Positions 1 to 6,983 of a stretch of DNA of 50,377 bases are shown piece after piece. The DNA is from an uncultured Planctomycetaceae bacterium (GTDB taxonomy: Bacteria > Planctomycetota > Planctomycetia > Pirellulales > UBA1268): contig CAIRDU010000254.1 of assembly GCA_903877395.1 (NCBI GenBank), positions 1-50,377 on the forward strand, given 5' to 3'. The notes beneath the pieces are model-generated. The model did no database searches. It was not told the origin of the DNA and was given only the letters and a program-made list of their open reading frames with translations. The stretch's first letter is position 1. Each line of letters begins with the position of its first letter. Both the position numbers and the translations under genes were made by a program.

Positions 1-162
1 CACGGCCACCTCCATCGCCGCTATCACCGCAGGCGTCGGATGGGGATCGATTGCGCGAGCAACCATCTGATCCAACCGTGCACCGAATGCTAGGAATGGC
101 ACCAACGGGACGGCCGCTGCTGCGAGCGTTAGAAGGGCGAGCAGGCGAGCGGTACGACGCAT
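1..162 (-). CDS. Hypothetical membrane/secreted protein, N-terminal fragment running off the left edge
   Basis: Hand translation of the reverse strand from ATG at 162..160 gives MRRTARLLALLTLAAAAVPLVPFLAFGARLDQMVARAIDPHPTPAVIAAMEVAV. That is 54 codons with no stop down to position 1. It has a basic N-terminus followed by a hydrophobic stretch, and lies on the same strand 40 nt downstream of the blh stop. It is too short to appear in the ORF track. Confidence 0.35.
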   Translation of the reverse strand, partial: MRRTARLLALLTLAAAAVPLVPFLAFGARLDQMVARAIDPHPTPAVIAAMEVAV

Positions 163-202
163 GAGGTGTAGGCTGATGGGGAGCGAGAGGGAGTTGAGAC
201 TT

Positions 203-1354
203 TCAAAGGACTTTCAAAGAGAATACATCAGGATGGCGATTCCCTCCCGGAATGCTTTCCGACCGGCTCCTCACGCGGAACAGATCCACAAGCAGGTCGT
301 GCGAAGGTGTTACAACGAGGTAGACAGCCAGCGACAGGATGGCTAAGTCGCGAGCAGTATGGTGAGGCGAGAGCAGCCACCAGCCACTCAGCAGGGCGAT
401 CCACGTGGGAATCAAGAGCGGCAATGCAGCCCTATGCAGTCGCAGCAGCGCGCGGCCAAGCGACGTCGGATCAGAGGTGCCAATCCGGGCCACGGGAAAT
501 GCTAGGAGTCGCATGTGTCGCCATGCGTGCCAAAAAAGAAAGTAAAATCCAATTGAAAACAAAGGGTCTGCCACAACGCCGACCAGTCCAATGATCGAGA
601 GATCAACAAGAGTATCCCACGAGCGTCGCATCGCCCCGGGCACATGCCGCGAGGCGATCGCCTCGGCAGCCAACGCACAGGCGGCCACCACCACCATCGC
701 GATCCCCACGTGACCAATGCCCGTCGGTGCAAACCACCCGGCCATATCGAGCGTTGCCGTTGTGCCCACTAGAGAGAGGAGTTCCAGCACAACTTGAGAC
801 GTGGCCAAAGGCCAACAGGCCATGGGAACGCCCAGCACACTAGCCCCTCGCGCCACCGCCGCCCGCACCTGCGGCCACACCTCAGCAGGAATCGGGGGCC
901 TTTGTCCATCGGCGTGCCCGAGGCCGAAATGCCAGACGCTCAAGGCCGTGAAGAGCACAACCAACGGTCCAGGCAGAATGATAAAGAGTGCAAGCACTGC
1001 CCCTATGGCAACCAGATACAATCCAAACACTCGCCGCGACAAAGGCCCGACGCATAATCGCTGTGCAAGCGCCAAGTCTGCTGCACCGTGAGGCAACCCC
1101 ACAACCGCCAGCGATATAATCCAGGGCAGCGGAGCCAGGAGCGTTGAAACTTGCGGCCCGCCTAGGCTCGCCGCGAGCGTTGCTAAGAGCAGGCCCGCCA
1201 ACGGAAGTCCACGAAAGATGCGATCTTCAAAGGCAGGCGGATGGATATGGCAAGCCGACATGGCTGAAAGGGACTGTTGGAAGGCATAGAAAAAAGAGAA
1301 GCCTGGGGTGGCCGAAATACTGCGACTGATAGAGCGAGGCCCGTCGCGGTGCAT
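203..1354 (-). CDS. blh: Brp/Blh-family beta-carotene 15,15'-dioxygenase (retinal synthase), polytopic membrane protein
   Basis: The 383-aa ORF is hydrophobic throughout. It shows the four-His pattern typical of Brp/Blh enzymes: GLPHGAADL, SVWHFGLGH and FLFWHAWRHMRLL. It lies directly downstream of a rhodopsin gene on the same strand. The start is uncertain: ATG at 1354, or ATG at 1261 (MSACHIH...). Confidence 0.8.
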   Translation of the reverse strand: MHRDGPRSISRSISATPGFSFFYAFQQSLSAMSACHIHPPAFEDRIFRGLPLAGLLLATLAASLGGPQVSTLLAPLPWIISLAVVGLPHGAADLALAQRLCVGPLSRRVFGLYLVAIGAVLALFIILPGPLVVLFTALSVWHFGLGHADGQRPPIPAEVWPQVRAAVARGASVLGVPMACWPLATSQVVLELLSLVGTTATLDMAGWFAPTGIGHVGIAMVVVAACALAAEAIASRHVPGAMRRSWDTLVDLSIIGLVGVVADPLFSIGFYFLFWHAWRHMRLLAFPVARIGTSDPTSLGRALLRLHRAALPLLIPTWIALLSGWWLLSPHHTARDLAILSLAVYLVVTPSHDLLVDLFRVRSRSESIPGGNRHPDVFSLKVL

Positions 1355-1409
1355 TCACAGACGCTTAGGAGACCGTGGAGCAAGTCTGCCGCCACACGCA
1401 ACGGCCACC

Positions 1410-1448
1410 GTCGACCGCTGGAAACCCTCGGCGTTTCCAGCGGTCGAC
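1410..1448 (-). terminator. Perfect 16-bp-stem, 7-nt-loop hairpin between rhodopsin and blh; intercistronic stem-loop or partial terminator
   Basis: The left arm gtcgaccgctggaaac (1410-1425) and right arm gtttccagcggtcgac (1433-1448) are exact reverse complements, with loop cctcggc between them. It sits 49 nt downstream of the rhodopsin stop codon and upstream of either blh start. No U-tract follows on the minus strand, so it is not a canonical intrinsic terminator. Confidence 0.5.
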
Positions 1449-1496
1449 CAAGTGGACAAAGGTCATGGATGATTTGATCCACAGACAGTTAGGAAG

Positions 1497-2276
1497 TTAG
1501 CCTTGGTTGTGAGACTCGTTGGAGTGGCTCATGGCTTGGATGCCATGATAGGCGACCAAACCGAAGCCCACTTTGTTGATGACGTCTGCGATATTGTAGA
1601 CGATTTCTCGGTACTCACCATTTCCGGAACGGGCCATTAAAAACCCGATCGGATAGATCGCCCAGCCAAACAGCACGAACAAACGCATCGTCTCAAGAGA
1701 CTTTGCAAGCGGGGCCGGAGCCTCGGCGATGGCATGCCCCAGCGACATGAAGAGCACTCCGACAATCATCAATTCACACACGCAGGAGACGAGGAAAAAC
1801 GTCCACCAACGCTCCGAGTTGACGGGCGATGTTTCGGCAATGAACGCGGTGACGATCATTGCCACGTCGAGGAGTACGAGTTGGAAAAAGAACTTCGTGC
1901 CCCGATCTCCCATCCGCAAGAGGAGCGGAAATTTCACGAGGAGCAGCGGCGTGGTAAACAACCAGTCGATATACCGCAGCGCCGTCGGAAACTGTCCGCC
2001 CGACTCTTGATACACGTGCGTCATCTTGAAGTAATGAAAGCAGGCAATCGCGCAGATCAGACCCGCCACCACCATCGTGCTTCGATACGCTGGTTCGACA
2101 TTGTTGCGCATCAAGAAAAAGTAGAGCGCCCCAGCCCCCATGGCCACGGTACCTGCAAAGAAAAGGTAGAGTGTGATCGACTGCAGGGGGGTGTTCTTCG
2201 TGAAGTCGGAAGACAGGGCCGTAACCCCGCCAGCAGTTACAATGGCATCAGCAGCCACAGCCAGAAGAGCATGCAT
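1497..2276 (-). CDS. Microbial (type 1) rhodopsin, proteorhodopsin/xanthorhodopsin superclade, D-T-K motif (ESR-like, predicted outward H+ pump)
   Basis: Helix C reads RYIDWLFTTPLLLVKF, giving D, T and K at BR positions 85/89/96. Helix G reads DVINKVGFGL, which carries the Schiff-base Lys and the D212 equivalent. Helix B carries a His (CFHYFKM). There are seven hydrophobic segments. The ORF track starts at 2297, which is a GTG. I prefer ATG at 2276 (MHALLAV...), which follows ctGGAGaatttt. Confidence 0.92.
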   Translation of the reverse strand: MHALLAVAADAIVTAGGVTALSSDFTKNTPLQSITLYLFFAGTVAMGAGALYFFLMRNNVEPAYRSTMVVAGLICAIACFHYFKMTHVYQESGGQFPTALRYIDWLFTTPLLLVKFPLLLRMGDRGTKFFFQLVLLDVAMIVTAFIAETSPVNSERWWTFFLVSCVCELMIVGVLFMSLGHAIAEAPAPLAKSLETMRLFVLFGWAIYPIGFLMARSGNGEYREIVYNIADVINKVGFGLVAYHGIQAMSHSNESHNQG

Positions 2277-2730
2277 AAAATTCTCCAGTTCTGTCACATT
2301 CGCCCAAAGGCGACATGACGGTTCGTGTAAGAGAGCAAAGAATCTCTAGGAATAAAAGCTGCAACAACGGTTGTTCCAGCCTACTTTCAACCGATCAGCA
2401 CGACTCAGGAACACACAGACAAGAAACAGAGCCCAAACCGGCGGATTGGCAAAAGTTGAACAGGCACAGCGAAAGTTCTCCGTGGAATCCCGGCAGCCGA
2501 TCTGCGACCACACGGGATCCAACAGACCACACTATAGAGGGGGTGCAGAACGGTTTGCAACCAGAGCCATGCGAGTCATTCCAGCCGAAGCGTTTGGAGA
2601 GCGGGGCCACTAGGGGGGTCAGTCCTTGAGGCCTCTTGGACTGCATTCTGCCAAAAACAGAGCGAATTCAGCCATTTTGGCCCTGCTTGGTGACGTGTAC
2701 AGCCACATTCGTGATGCAGTGCCCACCTCT

Positions 2731-3717
2731 TCATGCGAGTCGTGCCGTGGGTACGGGAGATACCGACGGCACAGTTGGTTGAGCGGCCTCGAAGGCCTGT
2801 CGCACAATATCCACGCCCACGCTGCTGCTCCACGCGGCGAGCAACTGTTCTGCAATCGGTCCTGGCTGGCCGAGGCCGATGGGACGGCCATCCAGGCGGG
2901 TGGCTGGCAACAGGCAACTGGGCGTGCTGGTGAGCAGGATCTCGTCGGCACTCGCCAGATCCTCCGATCGCAGCGAATGCTCCTGCCACGAAATCCCTAA
3001 CGAGGCGGAGAGTTGCTTGAGATAGCGAAGGCTGACGCCTGCAAGGGCATCGGTTGATGGAGGCGTGATAATCGTACCCCTTCGCACGATGGCGATATTA
3101 GCCGTCGAGGTTTCGCTCACCCTTCCGTCGGCGTGGCAGAGCACAGCACGGGCGGCTGGTTCGAGCGATCTCGCCATGGTGTCGGCTAGAACGTAGTGCA
3201 TGCGACTGCGGCACTTCATCTGGAGTGGCCAGCAGGTATCGGGCACCTGGCAGATCGACACGCTGCGAAGCGCAGCGCCGTTGCGATAGGCGTTGGCCCA
3301 TGTGGAAAATGCTAGCGGGAACGAGTGGATCGCCACCCGAGGTTGGCTGGCCCGCCCCTGGTGTTGTGATGGCAGATTGCCTGGAGTGGCAAATACGATC
3401 ACGCCCAAATCGTCTTGGAGGACACCGAGTGCATGATTATGACTTGCAACCGTTGCAGCCGCTGCAAAGATCGTTTCCAACGATAGCCCTGGATCGATGC
3501 CCGCACACGCCAACGAATCGCGAAAGCGGGCCGCATGCAGGTTGGCTAAAAAAACGCGGCCACCAAACGTCCTGAGCTGTTCGGTGACCGTGGCTCCCAG
3601 CACAAAGCCAGCATCCCCAACAGGGATCGAGAGATCGCCGCTGGAAATCCATGCGCCATTCAGCCACGCAATCTCTGTCGCCACCGCATATGCGTCGGCT
3701 TCATTCGAGAGGCTCAC
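2731..3717 (-). CDS. Class IV (fold type IV) PLP aminotransferase family protein; could be BCAT, D-amino-acid aminotransferase or ADC-lyase, not resolved
   Basis: 328 aa. Three motifs match the class IV pattern: MKCRSRMHYVLADTMA (Lys...Tyr motif), ETSTANIAIVRRGTIITPP and LAGVSLRYL. The subfamily cannot be assigned by eye. Confidence 0.72.
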   Translation of the reverse strand: MSLSNEADAYAVATEIAWLNGAWISSGDLSIPVGDAGFVLGATVTEQLRTFGGRVFLANLHAARFRDSLACAGIDPGLSLETIFAAAATVASHNHALGVLQDDLGVIVFATPGNLPSQHQGRASQPRVAIHSFPLAFSTWANAYRNGAALRSVSICQVPDTCWPLQMKCRSRMHYVLADTMARSLEPAARAVLCHADGRVSETSTANIAIVRRGTIITPPSTDALAGVSLRYLKQLSASLGISWQEHSLRSEDLASADEILLTSTPSCLLPATRLDGRPIGLGQPGPIAEQLLAAWSSSVGVDIVRQAFEAAQPTVPSVSPVPTARLA

Positions 3718-3813
3718 AGGGGATAGGGCTCACAGGAAAGGGCTTGTTGGAGATGCTCAAGTGGGCGTGGCCTGCGATCACCCTCAAACCGACACAACCG
3801 CGCACCAATAAAG

Positions 3814-3886
3814 TGGAGGATAGGGGATTTGAACCCCTGACCTTCTGGCTGCCAGCCAGACGCTCTCCCAATTGAGCTAATCCCCC
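3814..3886 (-). tRNA. tRNA-Ala (anticodon GGC)
   Basis: The reverse complement GGGGGATTAGCTCAATTGGGAGAGCGTCTGGCTGGCAGCCAGAAGGTCAGGGGTTCAAATCCCCTATCCTCCA folds as a 73-nt cloverleaf. It has a 7-bp acceptor stem with the G3:U70 alanine identity pair, anticodon loop CTGGCAG and T-loop TTCAAAT. CCA is not encoded. Confidence 0.93.
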
Positions 3887-4003
3887 AAAACAGATTTCCA
3901 GAAGAGATTCGGTTGAAAATACGTTGTGGGCGTGGCGGTCGTGTCGAATTGGCAACGAAAGTCGCCAATTCAGACCCCTGAAAAGTATCGCCCGCTTGCG
4001 AGA

Positions 4004-4825
4004 ATGTCAACGCGGAGCAACTCTCAAAGAAGAAAAATGCTGTTCAAAAAGGTTTTAAAAGATAGAAAGGCCCTACGGAGACGAAATTCAATGGCCACCA
4101 AAGATGCCCCAACGCAGCCCCCCCACGCACGGCCTGTCGCGTCTGCTGCATCGGCCAGAGCGCCCTCAGAGACGATGCGAGGCGTGGCCACAGCATTGAT
4201 CTGTCTGTATCTCGTCGGCCTCATGCTGTGTATCGTGGGCAACTCGGCAAGCGGATCATCGGCACTTGTGCGAACCGTCAAGTCAAAGCTTTTCTCTCCG
4301 TGGATGGTGCCGGTGTGGCTGGATCTGGGGTACGACTCCAAGCTCACCTACGGCCAACCCGAAGACGCCGATCACCTCGTGGAAGTCACTTTGGCAGAAG
4401 GCACACAGGACAAACGCGATCAGAACACGAATGACTCTGTTGGTGAGCGGATGCGATTCCCCTCGGCGAAGATGCGTGGCGAGCGTGCGGCGCGATGGCG
4501 ACGAATGGCGTGGTGGATAGCGCGTGCAGAGGAAGACCCAGACAGAGAGGGGCTCCTACCGGCTGCAATGGCCGCGGGGCTCTTCGATGACGTGGGCGGG
4601 GAGGATCTCACGATCCGCGTACTGCGACACCTACCGCTGGAACGGGCCAGCCATACCTCCGGCGATCCCTCACTCGATTCAGCCCTGTCCGATGAGCAGG
4701 CCACAGGCCGATTCGAACAGGCGTATGCGGCTAGGGTACGACGCGTGGGAGGCGAGGTGCAGCTCCTGAAGGCAGAGCCAAAGGCAGAAGTGGCTCCATT
4801 GAGAACCGCACCGGCAACGCGGTGA
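4004..4825 (+). CDS. Hypothetical membrane-anchored protein
   Basis: Part of the 299-aa ORF 3926..4825. It has one clear TM segment (GVATALICLYLVGLMLCIVG) after a basic N-terminus. The ORF start at 3926 lies only 40 nt from the tRNA, so I placed the start at ATG 4004; 4037 or 4091 are also possible. I recognise no family. Confidence 0.5.
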   Translation: MSTRSNSQRRKMLFKKVLKDRKALRRRNSMATKDAPTQPPHARPVASAASARAPSETMRGVATALICLYLVGLMLCIVGNSASGSSALVRTVKSKLFSPWMVPVWLDLGYDSKLTYGQPEDADHLVEVTLAEGTQDKRDQNTNDSVGERMRFPSAKMRGERAARWRRMAWWIARAEEDPDREGLLPAAMAAGLFDDVGGEDLTIRVLRHLPLERASHTSGDPSLDSALSDEQATGRFEQAYAARVRRVGGEVQLLKAEPKAEVAPLRTAPATR

Positions 4826-5074
4826 CCCGAGCCGTTGCGATCCCCCTCTCTCCAAAGGGCCATCGCAGGCTCCATTCCCCGTCGAAGTCGATAGCGTAAC
4901 GTTGGATCGCGGGCTTGGGGCGGGCGATGCATTCCAGCATGGCTAGGAGTTGCTCTGAATAGTTTTCAACCGGGCTGATCCGCTGCCCGTCCGACGCACC
5001 ATGCTCGACTCGGCCGCCTTCTGCCGTTCGGTAGGATCGCCGCTTCACGTGTGGCGATACAGTTGACGTTCGGC

Positions 5075-6592
5075 TTACGCTTCAGGCGCGGCCAGCTTGT
5101 GGGCCAGCAAGGAATCGAGCATCGCGCTCATGGCCGCGGTGCGAATCGGCGCCTCGATCACTTTCCTGTACTCATCCAGCGTTGCCCTCCGTGCCAGCGA
5201 TTTCTGACTAGGGCTCGTGAGCAGAATGGCGGGCAGCTTGGCCAGGAACGGGTCCTTGGATAGCGCGTTAAACGCCTCCACCGCGCCATCGCCGAGCGAC
5301 TGCGTACTCATCACCAAGCAGTCGGCAGGCGGCGGCGTTGCCGAAAAACGCAACAGCGCCCGCTGGGGGTTCTCCGTCATCAAAACGCGATAGCCTAGCT
5401 TTGTGAAAAAATGCCGCAGCGATTCTTGCGCCTTTGCGGAAGTTTCGACCACCATGAGCGTGCCTTTGGTGGCCGCACGCACGGCACTCATTGCCGAGGG
5501 CAGGGGGAATTCAGCCGACTCCCCGACTGGAACCGCCGGAACGCCACTGGCGGCCGCTCCTGAAGCGGACGTATCGTACTTGCCCATCAATGGCTCGAGT
5601 GCTCGCCGCACATCTGCCGCTGTTTGCCAGCGATCGAGTGGATCCAGACGCATCATGCGACTGATGACATCGACTACGTCTCGCGGCAGGTGCGGCGCGC
5701 AGGAGGCCAGCGGCTCAACCGATGTGAAGCGACGCGGATCCGACCGCACGGCGCGATCTCTGGATTCGGCCAATGCCGACTTGCCCGTGAGCGTGAGATA
5801 CGCCACGGTGCCCAAAAAATAAATATCACTGCGCAGGCTGTCATCTTTCATTCCAGAAATCTTCTCGATAGCTGCGTAGTCAACCGTGCGGGGATGCTCC
5901 ATCTTGCCGAGCGACTTGTCGCCGATATCGGCGTCGATGCCGGCCAAACCAAAATCGACGATTTTCGCCTGCCCGACGGAAGACACCAGCACGTTGGACG
6001 CCTTTAAATCCCGATGAGTGACACCCCGGCGATGGGCATATTCGAGCCCAGCTACCATCTGCGCGATCAGGTCGATTGCTCTCGCCAAATCGACGGCACC
6101 TCGAATCCGCACCAACTCTCGCAGCGTCTGCCCCTCCAAAAACTCCATCGTGATGTAGCTGACGTTATGTTCTTGCCCCACATCTGCAATGGCCACGATG
6201 TTTGGGTGGCGAAGCAAGCGACCCATTTCTCCTTCTCGCCGAAACGACTTGCACTTTTCCGGATCGGCGCTAAACCGATGGCGCAACACCTTCACCGCCA
6301 GGATGCTGCCGTCGGACGTGTCGATGGCACGGAAGACGCGGGCGAACGAGCCGGCACCAATCTGATAGAGCAGCTTGGCATTGCCGTAAAAGAAACCTGT
6401 TTTTTCTCCCCGCAGAAGCCGCTCGATCTGGAAGGCTGTGAGCAACTCTCGCCGCGTCAACGCATTGCTGATTTCCTCGATCGACACGTTGTGTCCGCCG
6501 AGTTCGGCCCAGACATCCTCGAACTGTGATGCCCCGACCAACCCCAGTTCTTGAGCCTGGTCCGCAAGCTCATTGGCCGTCTTTGGTTTCAT
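5075..6592 (-). CDS. Ser/Thr protein kinase with C-terminal receiver-like (pseudo-receiver) domain
   Basis: Hanks-type kinase motifs are present: GAGSFARVFRA, AVKVL, HRDLKASNVLV and DFGLAG. The C-terminal ~120 aa (TLMVVETSAKAQESL...ADCLVMSTQSLGDG...AILLTSPS) has CheY-like beta-alpha periodicity. Confidence 0.88.
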   Translation of the reverse strand: MKPKTANELADQAQELGLVGASQFEDVWAELGGHNVSIEEISNALTRRELLTAFQIERLLRGEKTGFFYGNAKLLYQIGAGSFARVFRAIDTSDGSILAVKVLRHRFSADPEKCKSFRREGEMGRLLRHPNIVAIADVGQEHNVSYITMEFLEGQTLRELVRIRGAVDLARAIDLIAQMVAGLEYAHRRGVTHRDLKASNVLVSSVGQAKIVDFGLAGIDADIGDKSLGKMEHPRTVDYAAIEKISGMKDDSLRSDIYFLGTVAYLTLTGKSALAESRDRAVRSDPRRFTSVEPLASCAPHLPRDVVDVISRMMRLDPLDRWQTAADVRRALEPLMGKYDTSASGAAASGVPAVPVGESAEFPLPSAMSAVRAATKGTLMVVETSAKAQESLRHFFTKLGYRVLMTENPQRALLRFSATPPPADCLVMSTQSLGDGAVEAFNALSKDPFLAKLPAILLTSPSQKSLARRATLDEYRKVIEAPIRTAAMSAMLDSLLAHKLAAPEA

Positions 6593-6983
6593 GCGTGGGC
6601 ACCGAAGGACAGGGGAAGCGCGGACTCATTCAGGACGGGCAAGGCCAATGCCTCGTTGAACATGGCTGATATGCCTAGTCTGACATGCCTCATTTTCTTG
6701 GCTTTATTTTCTTCGCTCGGCTGCACGGTTCAAGGCGAGCCTTGCCAGCCGCCAAAACTAGCTGTAACTCCAAGCACACCAAACGCTTAAGGCGATTGCG
6801 CCTTCGTGCGATCGGGGCTGTCTTACGCCGCCCATTCTGGGGGAACTGTGAGCATGATGATCTGGAGCCGGCGATGCAAGGGCTGCTAGAAGGATTTTAT
6901 TCGCGGCCCTTTTTGGTAGTTCGCAACCTCATGGCCCACATGAGGACTCGAAACGCAATGACGTGGGTGAGCGGATCTTTGGC

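Noticed and set aside
2315-2646. Overlapping 80-104-aa ORFs on both strands in the spacer upstream of the rhodopsin gene
   Set aside because: They are mutually overlapping, Arg/Ser/Gln/Thr-rich and lack hydrophobic cores, and none has an RBS. The region was treated as non-coding and is flagged separately as an unusually long spacer.
3814-3886. tRNA genes (this one and 47220..47303) as possible integration sites for genomic islands
   Set aside because: No integrase, recombinase or phage gene lies next to either tRNA, and I saw no duplicated tRNA 3'-end fragment nearby. The flanking genes are ordinary chromosomal genes.
4731-5048. 105-aa minus-strand ORF (GTG start) just downstream of the kinase gene
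   Set aside because: It could be a small gene co-transcribed with the kinase. However, it overlaps the 3' end of the convergent 4004..4825 CDS by 95 nt, and it has no motif, RBS or family I can recognise. Left uncalled; Ribo-seq or conservation analysis would decide.
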